The notes below the pieces were generated by a model. That model worked only from the letters and a program-made list of their open reading frames with translations, was not told the DNA's origin and searched no databases. A stretch of 64,000 nucleotides of DNA from an uncultured bacterium (GTDB taxonomy: Bacteria > Patescibacteriota > Patescibacteriia > Magasanikbacterales > UBA922): contig CALMAY010000037.1 in assembly GCA_937861125.1 (NCBI GenBank), forward strand, positions 132,941 through 196,940, given 5' to 3'. Both the position numbers and the translations under genes were made by a program. Each line of letters starts with the position of its first letter. Within the stretch, counting starts at the first letter, position 1. This document shows positions 52,819-63,300 of this stretch, piece by piece.

Positions 52819-53430
52819 TTATTCCTTTTCAAGAAGATACACCACTGTTTCTTCTTGTGGTAAATCTTTTTGTTTAATAATAATTTTCTTTTGCGATTCT
52901 GGTGTTGCTCCCATTTCTTTGAGGAACGCCGCTGCACTTTGCGCTTTTGGATCATTATCAGACTGCATTGCCATTGGTATGACAATACGTGGTTCGACTG
53001 CTGCAACAACTTTGGCAGCGATATCAGGCGCAAGTGCATCTCCGTGTCCGACGGGGACAAAGAGAATATCGACACCGGATATGACTTCAAGTGCATCTTT
53101 ACTTGGTGTAGTACTGGTGAGTCCGATGTGTCCGATACTGATATCTTCTGCATCAAATCGAAAGACGACATTGTCTGGTCCGGTATGTGAAGCACCGGCG
53201 ATGAGAACTCCTTTTGTTTCACATTCACCTGGGTGTTCCATGATAAATGGATTACCTGAAATTGTAATTGATCCTTCAGATCCCCTTGTGTACAAGACAA
53301 CGTCAGGTGCTAGTGAGCGAGGAAAGTCGCCTGTTGTTGGTTTGTATGGGTCTACAAGAATGGTGACGTCAATATCAAATGGTTTTGTGGTAATTTTGAC
53401 TGTTGTGCCTCCAAGCCAGGAAATGTGCAT
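52819..53430 (-). CDS. metallo-beta-lactamase-fold hydrolase (UPF0173-like)
   Basis: MHISWLGGTTVKI...ILVDPY...VLYTRG...GHIGL...VPVGHGDAL fits short MBL-fold proteins. Confidence 0.5.
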   Translation of the reverse strand: MHISWLGGTTVKITTKPFDIDVTILVDPYKPTTGDFPRSLAPDVVLYTRGSEGSITISGNPFIMEHPGECETKGVLIAGASHTGPDNVVFRFDAEDISIGHIGLTSTTPSKDALEVISGVDILFVPVGHGDALAPDIAAKVVAAVEPRIVIPMAMQSDNDPKAQSAAAFLKEMGATPESQKKIIIKQKDLPQEETVVYLLEKE

Positions 53431-53520
53431 ATAGAAATAGATGAATGCAGAATTCAGAATGATGAATTATTTTTGATAGTAGTATATCGTATATGTCAGC
53501 GGAGGGCAAGGGTGAAAAAC

Positions 53521-53551
53521 AAAAAATCACCTGCTTTATGAGTGATTTTTT
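53521..53551. terminator. hairpin terminator between the GNAT and MBL genes
   Basis: AAAAAATCAC / GTGATTTTTT 10-bp stem with an 11-nt loop. Confidence 0.45.
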
Positions 53552-53648
53552 GATCTCTTTTTTACCTCAAGTTGTATTGGGGTACAAAAGTCATGTCTGC
53601 GGGGTTCCGGGCAGACTCCGGTTGCGCGTGGGCGCCGTTCCCTCCTTG

Positions 53649-54188
53649 TTAGATGCCGGAGGGCACACCCCTATACCCAAAATACAGCAACCCCTTCTGA
53701 CACCCCCCAAGTGTCGTTAGAGATCGCAGATACCTCGGGTAGTTGTGTGTTCCCTCGACGGTTGCGACTAGAAACTGATCGACTTGCTCTGCTTCGAAGT
53801 AATCGAGCAGTGTGGTCGTCAGTAATTGGCCAACTCGACGTCCTCGGAACTCCGATGAGACGCCAAAAAGGGCTTTGTAGCCAATCTTGGTGCCTGTCAG
53901 GAATTCTTGAGGGATGTCGAATTTATTGGCCACTTCTGCGGGTGGACCGACGTATCCGGCGATGAATCCGGCCACACGACCGTCTTCAGTTGCGACGTAC
54001 CACACCATGGTGGGGTCGCTCAGAAGTTGTTGGTCGCGTGCGTCCTGCTCTTCGTCCACTTGCCACGGCGGCTCGTTAAAGACAAGACGCAGGAGTTTCC
54101 TGACTTCGTCGACCATATCGTCGGTCATTTCGACGATTTCCACAAGTCCTCCGTGTTGTGGGGTTATTGTTTTGGTGTAGATCTGCAC
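53649..54188 (-). CDS. GNAT-family N-acetyltransferase in a GC-rich island
   Basis: VAGFIAGY...ALFGVSSEFRGRRVGQLLTTTLLDYF (GNAT motif A). Sampled lines within the island give 62-65% G+C. Confidence 0.65.
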   Translation of the reverse strand: MQIYTKTITPQHGGLVEIVEMTDDMVDEVRKLLRLVFNEPPWQVDEEQDARDQQLLSDPTMVWYVATEDGRVAGFIAGYVGPPAEVANKFDIPQEFLTGTKIGYKALFGVSSEFRGRRVGQLLTTTLLDYFEAEQVDQFLVATVEGTHNYPRYLRSLTTLGGCQKGLLYFGYRGVPSGI

Positions 54189-54348
54189 CGAGCAGATGAC
54201 AGGATTCTTTCATACGCTCGGTGGAGATATTATTTTTTTCGATACACAATAAAACCATATATAGGAGGTGATGTCAATAAATTTTTTGGGGATAATGTTG
54301 AGTATGCGCCTGTTAATTGGTATGATAGGTATATATTTTATATAGTAT

Positions 54349-54951
54349 ATGCCAGAACTTCCACGTTCACTCCCTCTTTCAGACGATAGTAGACTTGCTA
54401 TCGGGGCTGAAAAAACTGTTCATATTGATGGTGTGGATAGAGTGGTAAAGGTGTACAGAGGTAATCACAAGGACAAAAGCGCTGCCGTTGTTCCAGATAG
54501 GCCATATAATCAGCAGAGGTGGAAACGATTACTTGCGCAAGAGTTTTATGTAACAAAAATTGTTTGCTTACTGTTTCCTCATACGGTTGCAGATATTCAT
54601 ATGGCATCGGTTGCAAGTGATATTGCGCCGCAGTCTGTCCATGAAAAAATATCTCCAGCTACTGATGTGTTGAGTAGATTGCGAGATATATACGCGTTTT
54701 TTGCTGATGTACAGCGTGATTCAGACAAGGCGAGAGATATTGCGGATGCATATTGGGATGCTGGGGTCACGCTTCAGTTTACAAAAGATAATTTTACCTA
54801 CGATGAACAGAGGCGTTTACAATATGTGGACAGTCTTGCGATACGAGATATAGACCTATTACAGCAGGCTATTCGCGAACGCCTTTCGGGAGATGAACAG
54901 AAGAAGGCTCAGAGGTATCTAGACCGTTTACGGCATCACCTTTCTGTGTGA
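54349..54951 (+). CDS. hypothetical protein (200 aa)
   Basis: Clean ORF of typical composition. No motif recognised. Confidence 0.45.
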   Translation: MPELPRSLPLSDDSRLAIGAEKTVHIDGVDRVVKVYRGNHKDKSAAVVPDRPYNQQRWKRLLAQEFYVTKIVCLLFPHTVADIHMASVASDIAPQSVHEKISPATDVLSRLRDIYAFFADVQRDSDKARDIADAYWDAGVTLQFTKDNFTYDEQRRLQYVDSLAIRDIDLLQQAIRERLSGDEQKKAQRYLDRLRHHLSV

Positions 54952-55110
54952 GTTAAATACGCCAGGATAGACCCCTTGCTTTTTTTCCTTCGTTGTGCTA
55001 TAGTGCACTCACAAATAAATACTTGCGCTGTTTTTACCTCACCTGACGTACAGCGCCGTCAGGGCCCTCTCTCCTTTTTTGGGCTAATTTAAGAGGAGTT
55101 TTTTAATTCT

Positions 55111-56301
55111 ATGGCAACAAATACAAAAAGTTTTGCCGATTTACTCAAGGACTATCCAGTCAAGCTGCCAAGTGCAGGTGATGTCGTCAAAGGAACCATC
55201 GTTTCAATTGACAATGGCGTTGTTCGTATTGACGTAGGTGGTGTCGCTGTCGGTGTGATCCGTGGCAACGAGCTCTTTGGTGAGTCTCGCGAGTACGGTA
55301 GTCTCGAAGTAGGTAAAGAGGTAGAAGCAATCGTTATTGAGGATGAAAATGAGGCAGGTGAGATGGAGCTCAGTTTCCGTGCTGCTGGTAAAGAGCGCGT
55401 GTGGGATTCTATGGCCAAGCTTCGTGATGATGGAATTACTGTTTCATGTAAAATTCTCCAGGCAAACAAAGGTGGTTTGATGGTACAGGTAGATGCACTC
55501 GCTGGGTTCCTCCCAGTGTCCCAGCTCTCTCCTGAGCACTACCCACGCGTTCCTGGTGGCGACAAGAGTCGTATCCTTGAACAACTCAAAGAACTTATTG
55601 GAAAAACCGTTCAAGCGAAGATTATTGATGTCAACCCAGCGGATGAAAAGCTGATTGTCTCAGAAAAAGCAGTGTGGGAAGATAGTCAAAAAGCAGTACT
55701 CGACACCTACAAGATCGGCGATACTGTATCTGGTGAAATCTCAGCTCTGACTTCATTTGGCGCCTTTGTCAAATTTGGTGATGGCCTCGAAGGATTGGTA
55801 CACATCTCTGAGATCGTTTGGCAGCGCATTGATCATCCAAAGGATATTCTCAAAATTGGAGATCAGGTCAAAGCACAGATTATTGACCTCAACAAAAGCA
55901 AAATTTACCTCTCAATGAAACGTCTTGTTGACGATCCATGGAAGAGTGTGAAAGATAAATACAAGATTGGTCAAATCGTCAACGGTGAAGTCCACAAGAT
56001 CGAACCATTTGGTTTGATGGTCAAGCTTGACGAGGAGATCCATGGTCTCGCACACGTCTCAGAGCTCTCTGATAGTCCACTCAAGAGTGTTGAGGACGTC
56101 AAAAAACTCTTTGAAATCGGCAAAGCATACGACTTCGAAATTGTCTCTATTGAGCCAAATGAGCACCGTCTTGGATTGAAAGTCCCTGGTGTTAAAGGTA
56201 AGCAGAAAGCGGCTGCGAAGGATGCTGAGGGTGCTAAGGAAGCTAAGGCTGCTGAGGTTGCTCCTGAAGCGACTGAAGAGAAAGCTGAGGCAGCAGAGTA
56301 A
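55111..56301 (+). CDS. rpsA: 30S ribosomal protein bS1 (four S1 domains, K/A/E-rich tail)
   Basis: Repeated S1 OB motifs (GDVVKGTIVSI, GKTVQAKIIDV, GDTVSGEISALTSFGAFVKF, GQIVNGEVHKIEPFGLMVKL). AAGAGGAG lies 13 nt upstream of the ATG. Confidence 0.88.
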   Translation: MATNTKSFADLLKDYPVKLPSAGDVVKGTIVSIDNGVVRIDVGGVAVGVIRGNELFGESREYGSLEVGKEVEAIVIEDENEAGEMELSFRAAGKERVWDSMAKLRDDGITVSCKILQANKGGLMVQVDALAGFLPVSQLSPEHYPRVPGGDKSRILEQLKELIGKTVQAKIIDVNPADEKLIVSEKAVWEDSQKAVLDTYKIGDTVSGEISALTSFGAFVKFGDGLEGLVHISEIVWQRIDHPKDILKIGDQVKAQIIDLNKSKIYLSMKRLVDDPWKSVKDKYKIGQIVNGEVHKIEPFGLMVKLDEEIHGLAHVSELSDSPLKSVEDVKKLFEIGKAYDFEIVSIEPNEHRLGLKVPGVKGKQKAAAKDAEGAKEAKAAEVAPEATEEKAEAAE

Positions 56302-56302
56302 T

Positions 56303-56347
56303 CGAAGTTTGCGAAGTTGGCTGAGTTTTCTAAGTTGGCTAAGTTTA
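56303..56347. repeat. degenerate 9-bp tandem repeat x5
   Basis: CGAAGTTTG CGAAGTTGG CTGAGTTTT CTAAGTTGG CTAAGTTTA, immediately after the rpsA stop. Confidence 0.6.
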
Positions 56348-56375
56348 AAATCCTCCGGTTTTCCGGAGGATTTTT
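56347..56375 (+). terminator. rpsA intrinsic terminator
   Basis: AAAATCCTCCGG-TTTT-CCGGAGGATTTT, a 12-bp stem with a T tail. Confidence 0.8.
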
Positions 56376-56438
56376 GTATATAGATAACATGAAAAACCTC
56401 AGCACCTACCAACACTCTCAGTATCCCCACTTTTCCCC

Positions 56439-56467
56439 TTGACACAGCCAAAAAAGAGGTATATACT
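56439..56467 (+). promoter_or_regulatory. consensus-like sigma70 promoter of an unassigned transcription unit
   Basis: TTGACA (56439-56444), 17-nt spacer, TATACT (56462-56467). Confidence 0.55.
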
Positions 56468-56469
56468 GA

Positions 56470-56764
56470 TGTCCATACGCAAGAAAGCGGTTATACATAT
56501 TGACACAACAGGCAATTTGTATTATCACCTTCCTCGTACATTTTTAGTCACTTTGTATTGGGTCTTTCGCCAAAACGATGAACCTGATCAGACGCGACCA
56601 CGGGCTCTCTGGTTACACTGTGTCCGACTGGCATCCACTCCCTCTGGGTATGTGGTGAGAATGCTCCGAAGCGCGCATCATATTACGGGCAACATGATGC
56701 AAGCAGAGGAAACAACCAAATAAAACATAAGAATGTGGACATAGTCCGCATATTTTTTGTTTTT
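56470..56764 (+). other. unassigned ~290-nt unit: candidate structured ncRNA or 84-aa basic protein
   Basis: It is bounded by the promoter at 56439 and the terminator hairpin ATGTGGAC/GTCCGCAT + T-run (56733-56764). The core (56580-56700) is more GC-rich than the surrounding intergenic DNA. An ATG at 56470 opens an 84-codon frame with no recognisable family. Confidence 0.3.
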
Positions 56765-56866
56765 TAGATTCCAGAATCCAGTTTACAAACAGATTTCAAA
56801 ATACAAATATCAATCGTTTGAAATTTGAAACCTATAATCTGTTTGGAGTTTGGTGCCTGGAATCTA
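56765..56866. repeat. 102-nt imperfect palindrome upstream of rpoB
   Basis: TAGATTCCAG (56765-74) pairs with CTGGAATCTA (56857-66). Inner pairs are AAACAGATT/AATCTGTTT and TTTCAAA/TTTGAAA. Confidence 0.6.
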
Positions 56867-56911
56867 AAAGATAATACATTTGTTAATTAATTATTTATTT
56901 ATCCACACGGT

Positions 56912-59900
56912 ATGCCAGTGTACAAGCGTCAACCGCTCAAGGACAAAGAACGCAAGTTCTTTACCTCACTTCGTCCAGCCGTTGGACTCGACAACCTTAT
57001 CGAGTCTCAACACAGCTCATACGAATGGTTACTCAAAGATGGTATCAAAGAACTCTTTGCGGAGGTCTCACCAATTACTGACTTTACAGGTCGTGATTTG
57101 GAGCTGTCATTCGAAGATTATTATCTCGATGAACCAAAATTCGATGAGGTGACGTGTCGTCAACGCAACCTGACATTTGAAGCACCGCTTCGTGTCAAAG
57201 TTCGTCTCAACAACAAGCGCACCAAAAAAGAAAGTGTGCAGGAGATTTATCTCGGTGATATGCCACTGATGACTGATCGTGGTACATTTGTGGTCAATGG
57301 TATTGAGCGCGTGGTGATCAGTCAGTTGATTCGTTCTGCTGGTGCATTTTTCACGGCCAAAAATGTTCGTGGTCGTCGCTACTATGGTGCAAAAATTATT
57401 CCAAACCGTGGCGCATGGATTGAAATTGAAACAGATCAAAACAATGTGATTTGGGTCAAAGTTGATCGCAAACGCAAAGTCGCAGCTACATCATTGCTCC
57501 GTGCATTTGGTAAAGGCAACAACGAAGAAATCATCAAACTTTTTGAAGATGTCAATGTACATCCAAGTATCGACTATGTCGATGCGATGATCAAACGTGA
57601 TGCTGCGACAAATGAAGAGGAAGGATTGATTGAAGTCTATCGCCGTATTCGTCCAGGTGATTTGGCTACTGCTGATAATGCCAAAAGTTTGATCCATGCC
57701 ATGTTCTTTAACTTCGATCGTTATGATTTGGGACGTGTGGGTGTATACAAATTCAATACCAAATTTGATCTCGGTTTGAGTGAGGCTGATTTTGATCTCC
57801 AAGAACATCGTGTCTTGTCTGCTGAGAAATTGATGCTTGTACTCAAAGAAGTGGTTCGTCTCAACGTCACACAAGAAGAACCAGATGATATTGATCACTT
57901 GGGAAACCGTCGTGTGCGTGGTGTGGGTGAGTTGGTACAAAATCGTTTCCGTGTTGGCCTCGCTCGTATGGAGCGTATCATCAAGGATCGCATGAGTACA
58001 TATGAACTTGAAGGTCTTTCTCCAAGTAAATTGGTTAACGCTCGTCCAGTGATTGGTGCAGTGCGTGAATTCTTTATGAGCTCACAGCTTTCTCAGTTTA
58101 TGGACCAGATCAATCCACTCGCTGAGCTCGAGAACAAGCGCCGTGTGTCAGCTCTTGGACCTGGTGGACTTTCACGTGATCGTGCTGGATTTGAGGTACG
58201 TGACGTACACACGACTCACTATGGTCGTATTTGTCCGATTGCTACTCCTGAAGGACCAAACATTGGTTTGGTAGGACATCTTTCTAGTTTTGCAAAAATT
58301 AATGACTTTGGATTTATCGAAACACCATACCGTCGTGTGCTGAAGAGTGTTTCAAATCAAGCAAGTTTGACAGAGGGTGAAATTCTTCGTGAAGACGTCA
58401 AAGGTGTGGCCAAGGCAGGTGAAAAAATCACCAAAGAAATTGCAAAGAAACTTGAAGGTATCAAAGATCTTAAAACAATCGAAGTGCGTCCACGCGTTAC
58501 TGATGAGATTGTCTATATTAACTCATTCCAAGAAGAGCGTGTGACAACTGCAGCTGCAACTACTCCGGTAGATGCAGACGGGTATCTCCTCCCTGGTCGT
58601 GTGCCAGCTCGTGTGCATGGTGAACCAGTAACGATTGATACATCAACCATTGATTATCTCGATATTGCGTCAAATCAGATTTTGAGTGTTGCGACTGCAA
58701 TGATTCCATTCCTTGAGCACGATGATGCAACTCGTGCGTTGATGGGCACAAACATGCAGCGTCAGGCAGTTCCAACAATTTTCCCAGAAGCACCACTTGT
58801 CGGAACTGGTATGGAGCGCGCAGTGGCACGCAACAGTGGCTATGTCGTGATCGCACCAGAAGATGGTGAGATTACTCATGTGGATGGTAACAAAATCGAG
58901 CTGACAACAAAGAAAGGTATTACCCATGTCTATCGCATGAGTAAATATGTTCGCAGTAATGCTTCATCAAGTATCAACCAACGTCCAACCGTTGTACTTG
59001 GTCAGAAAGTAAAGAAAGGTGATGCACTCTGTGATGGTCCTGCAATTCAAGATGGTGAAAGTGCACTTGGTAAAAACGTTCTCGTTGCGTATATGGTTTG
59101 GGATGGATACAACTATGAGGATGCGATTATTATTTCTGAGCGTTTGGTGCACAAAGATACATATACATCTATCAGTATCGAGCATTACACCAATGATGTG
59201 CGTGAGACAAAACTTGGGCCTGAGGTGGTAACATCAGATATCCCAAATGTCTCTGAAGAAAAACTCAAGAACCTCGATTCAGAAGGTGTGATTCGTGTGG
59301 GTGCTGAGGTGCATTCAGGTGATATTTTGGTAGGAAAAATTACTCCAAAAGGTGAAACAGAACTCACTCCAGAAGAGCGCTTGCTTCGCGCTATCTTTGG
59401 TGACAAAGCACGCGATGTCCGTGACTCATCACTCTACCTTGAACACGGTGAACAAGGAAAAGTGATTGACATCAAACATTTCTCAGCAGATGAAGGCGAC
59501 AAACTCCAGCCAGGTGTGATGAAACAAGTACAGATCACAGTGGCAGATATGCGCAAGATTCAGGTGGGTGACAAAATGGCAGGACGTCACGGAAACAAAG
59601 GTGTGGTCTCACGTGTGGTACCAGTAGCTGATATGCCATTCCTTGAAGACGGTACGCCAGTTGACATTATTCTCTCACCACTGGGTGTGGTCTCACGTAT
59701 GAACCTCGGACAGTTGCTTGAGACCCACTTGGGACTTGCTGCTAACGCACTTGGGTACAAAGCAGCAACACCAGTGCTCGACGGTATTACAGAAGAACAG
59801 ATCAAAGCAGAGCTTGAGAAAGCAGGCTTCCCTACAGATGGTCAGATGCAGCTCTATGATGGACGTACTGGTGAAGCGTATGACCACAAGACAACAATCG

Positions 59901-60331
59901 GATACTCATACATGCTCAAGCTCAACCACATGGTGGAAGACAAGATTCATCAACGTAGTATTGGACCATACTCTCTCATTACACAGCAGCCACTTGGAGG
60001 TAAAGCCCAGTTTGGTGGACAGCGTTTTGGAGAGATGGAAGTTTGGGCGCTCCAAGCATATGGTGCTGCTCATACACTCCAAGAAATTTTGACCATCAAA
60101 TCAGATGATGTACCGGGTCGCAGCAAAGCGTATGAGTCAATTATCAAAGGCTTGCCAATTGACCGTGTCGACATCCCTGAATCGTTCAATGTGCTCGTGC
60201 GCGAACTCAAAGGTCTGGCGCTCGATGTCAAACTCCTCAAACAACTTGAGGGTGGTGAGTTGGTGCTCGCGGATGAATACAAGAAAGCAAACGCACCAGC
60301 AGAGTCAGATCAAAATGAAGAACAGCGTTAA
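56912..60331 (+). CDS. rpoB: DNA-directed RNA polymerase subunit beta
   Basis: 1139 aa with conserved blocks [57 protein letters not shown] and [13 protein letters not shown]. Confidence 0.95.
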   Translation: MPVYKRQPLKDKERKFFTSLRPAVGLDNLIESQHSSYEWLLKDGIKELFAEVSPITDFTGRDLELSFEDYYLDEPKFDEVTCRQRNLTFEAPLRVKVRLNNKRTKKESVQEIYLGDMPLMTDRGTFVVNGIERVVISQLIRSAGAFFTAKNVRGRRYYGAKIIPNRGAWIEIETDQNNVIWVKVDRKRKVAATSLLRAFGKGNNEEIIKLFEDVNVHPSIDYVDAMIKRDAATNEEEGLIEVYRRIRPGDLATADNAKSLIHAMFFNFDRYDLGRVGVYKFNTKFDLGLSEADFDLQEHRVLSAEKLMLVLKEVVRLNVTQEEPDDIDHLGNRRVRGVGELVQNRFRVGLARMERIIKDRMSTYELEGLSPSKLVNARPVIGAVREFFMSSQLSQFMDQINPLAELENKRRVSALGPGGLSRDRAGFEVRDVHTTHYGRICPIATPEGPNIGLVGHLSSFAKINDFGFIETPYRRVLKSVSNQASLTEGEILREDVKGVAKAGEKITKEIAKKLEGIKDLKTIEVRPRVTDEIVYINSFQEERVTTAAATTPVDADGYLLPGRVPARVHGEPVTIDTSTIDYLDIASNQILSVATAMIPFLEHDDATRALMGTNMQRQAVPTIFPEAPLVGTGMERAVARNSGYVVIAPEDGEITHVDGNKIELTTKKGITHVYRMSKYVRSNASSSINQRPTVVLGQKVKKGDALCDGPAIQDGESALGKNVLVAYMVWDGYNYEDAIIISERLVHKDTYTSISIEHYTNDVRETKLGPEVVTSDIPNVSEEKLKNLDSEGVIRVGAEVHSGDILVGKITPKGETELTPEERLLRAIFGDKARDVRDSSLYLEHGEQGKVIDIKHFSADEGDKLQPGVMKQVQITVADMRKIQVGDKMAGRHGNKGVVSRVVPVADMPFLEDGTPVDIILSPLGVVSRMNLGQLLETHLGLAANALGYKAATPVLDGITEEQIKAELEKAGFPTDGQMQLYDGRTGEAYDHKTTIGYSYMLKLNHMVEDKIHQRSIGPYSLITQQPLGGKAQFGGQRFGEMEVWALQAYGAAHTLQEILTIKSDDVPGRSKAYESIIKGLPIDRVDIPESFNVLVRELKGLALDVKLLKQLEGGELVLADEYKKANAPAESDQNEEQR

Positions 60332-60366
60332 TTTCTATTCTTCATTTACTCTCATTACGAAACTAT

Positions 60367-63300
60367 ATGAATACCTTTAAACGAGACACATTGCACCTTT
60401 CAGACTTTGACGCACTGTCATTGTCTGTCGCATCTCCTGAGGTGATCCGCAACTGGTCATTTGGTGAAGTAGACAAACCAGAAACGATTAATTACCGTAC
60501 ACAAAAACCAGAAAAAGGCGGTCTTTTCGCCGAAGAAATTTTTGGACCAACCAAAGATTGGGAATGTTATTGTGGAAAGTACAAAAAAATCCGCTACAAG
60601 GGCATTGTTTGTGACAAGTGTGGTGTGGAAGTCACACACTCACTCGTGCGTCGTGAACGTATGGGTCATATTGAGCTCGCTGCTCCAGTGACACATATCT
60701 GGTTCCTTCGTTCTGTGCCAAGTAAAGTTGGTTTGGTACTCGATCTTTCTATTCAGGCGATTGAAAAAGTGGTGTATTTTGCATCATTCATCATCACGCG
60801 TGTAGATGAAGATCTCAAAAAAGAAACAGCGGAAGCACTCAAAAAAGAGTACAAATCAAAACACGCACAATTGATGAATGAACGTGAGCAAAAAATTGCA
60901 GCAGCAACAAGTGACGCTGCAAAAAAAGAAGCTGCAAACATGGTGGATGAAAAGATTGCAGCACTTGATGAAGATGTGGAAGCAGCAGAAGAGGAGCTCA
61001 AGGATTTGCGTGTCATGAACATTGTTTCAGAAAATCGATACCAAGAGCTCTCACTTCGCTACGGTCACATCTTTGACGCGGAGATTGGTGCTGGTGCGAT
61101 CCACGCACTCTTACAACGTTTGAACCTTGATAAAACAATTGAAGCATTGCAGGTTGAAATTGATAAAAGTAAAGGAGCCAAGAAAGAACGCTTGATTCGT
61201 CGCATGAAAGTGCTCGCAAGTCTCAAGAAAAACAATATCAATCCAGAGTGGATGGTGTTGACCAATATCCCAGTGATTCCACCAGATCTTCGCCCGATGG
61301 TGGCACTTGATGGTGGTCGTTTTGCGACATCAGATCTTAATGATTTGTATCGCCGTGTGATCAATCGCAACAATCGTCTGCGTAGACTTCTGGAGCTCAA
61401 TGCACCTGAAGTGATCACTCGCAATGAAAAACGCATGTTGCAAGAAGCAGTCGATGCACTCATTGACAACAATGCTCGTGCAAGTAAGACAGTGACAGCA
61501 AGTACAGGACAAAAACGTCAGCTCCGTTCACTCGCAGATATTCTCAAAGGTAAACAAGGGCGTTTCCGTCAGAACTTGCTGGGTAAACGTGTAGATTATT
61601 CTGGTCGTTCTGTTATCGTTGTGGGTCCTGAGCTCCACATTGATCAATGTGGTTTACCAAAACGCATGGCACTTGAGCTCTTCAAACCATTTGTCATGGG
61701 TGAAATTATCAAACGTGAACTCGCTCACAATGTGCGCAGCGCTTCTCGCTTTATCGAGAGTAATGCACCTGAGGTCTGGGATATTTTGGAAGAAATTACC
61801 AAACATACTCGCGTGCTCCTCAACCGCGCACCAACATTGCACCGTCTTGGTATCCAGGCATTCCGCCCACTTCTTATTGAGGGAAAAGCGATTCGCTTGC
61901 ACCCACTCGTCTGTCCAGCGTTCAATGCTGACTTTGATGGAGACCAGATGGCGGTACATGTCCCACTCACTGTTGAAGCACGTTGGGAAGCAGAAAACCT
62001 GATGGCAGCGGAGAAAAACTTGCTCAAACCAGCGACAGGAAATCCAGTGGTTACTCCACAGCAGGATATTGCACTTGGTATGTATTACCTCACCAAATAT
62101 GCTGAAGGAGATACTGGTGAAGTAAAAAAGTTCTTTAGTAATATTCGCGATGCAAAATTTGCATACAAAAATCGATACATTAGTCTCAAAGAACGTATCA
62201 AAGTACGCTTTGATGATCTCAGTAAATTCGGAGAGGGAACATACCCAATCATTGAGACCTCGATTGGTCGTATCTTCTTCAACGAAATTTTGCCAAACAA
62301 ACTTCCATACTACAATGAAACAATCACCAAAAAACAAATGGGTGGTATCATTCAGTTCTTGCTCGAAGTTTATGGACAGCAGGAAACTGCAGTAGTACTT
62401 GATAAGATCAAGGCACTTGGTTTCAAATATGTGACTAAGTCTGGATATTCACTCGGTATGGACAACTTTGGACGTATCGATGAAAAGAAGGCTATTGTGG
62501 AAGATGGAGATGCTCAGATTCAGGTGGTAGAAGAACAGTTCCAAGAAGGATTGCTCACTGATTCTGAACGTCACGCCAAAGTGCTTGAAATCTGGACAGA
62601 GGTTAAAGACAAGGTTGTTTCACACAATAAAAAAGTACTCGACAAAGATGGATCAGTATTTGCAATGATTGACTCCGGTGCTCGTGGAAGTTGGGGTCAG
62701 CTCGGTCAGGTTATTGGTATGAAGGGTCTCGTGGCTTCTCCATCTGGAGAAATTATCGAGTTGCCAGTAAAAGGAAACTTCAAAGAAGGATTCCAGGTGC
62801 TTGAGTTCTTTATCAGTAGTCACGGTACACGTAAAGGTTTGTCAGATACTGCGCTTCGTACTGCGAACGCTGGATATTTGACACGTCGTTTGGTTGATGT
62901 GGCACAGGATGTAGTGGTACACACTAATGATTGTGGAGATACAACGGGTGAGCTCTTTACTCGTGCACAATCTGCTGAGCTTGGTCAAACACTCGGCGAA
63001 CGTGTACTTGGACGCTTTGTTATTGCAGATGTTGTAGTAGGCAAAGAAACGATTGTTGGTGCTGGCGAATTTGTCACAGAAGCAATGGCTCGCGCAATTG
63101 AAAAACATCAGGTCAATGAGGTACATGTACGTTCAGTCTTGCAATGTTTGTTACCAAAAGGAGTCTGTACCAAATGTTATGGTGCCGATCTTGGAAACGG
63201 TATGCCTGTCAAAGAGGGTATTGCGGTAGGTGTGATCGCTGCACAGAGTATCGGTGAGCCTGGTACTCAGTTGACGATGCGTACCTTCCACCTTGGAGGT

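Noticed and set aside
52698-53434. 200-aa minus-strand ORF (52698-53300) and 171-aa plus-strand ORF (52919-53434) overlapping the MBL-fold gene
   Set aside because: These are alternative frames of the 52819-53430 gene, which has a clean MBL-like N-terminus. The 200-aa ORF's C-terminus is translated MITE sequence.
53907-54389. 160-aa + strand ORF opposite the GNAT gene
   Set aside because: It is a GC-rich-island shadow frame. The minus frame carries the GNAT motif A.
56303-56347. Short tandem repeats here, in the TrmH insertion (~27374-27395) and in ileS as possible CRISPR or DGR elements
   Set aside because: The units are 7-9 bp with no spacers. No cas genes, reverse transcriptase or template/variable repeat pair appear anywhere in the window.
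56899-56907. Perfect DnaA box TTATCCACA 5 nt upstream of the rpoB start as a second origin or DnaA-regulated promoter
   Set aside because: It is a single isolated 9-mer, and about 0.5 perfect matches are expected by chance in this window. There are no neighbouring boxes, unlike the cluster at 260-319.
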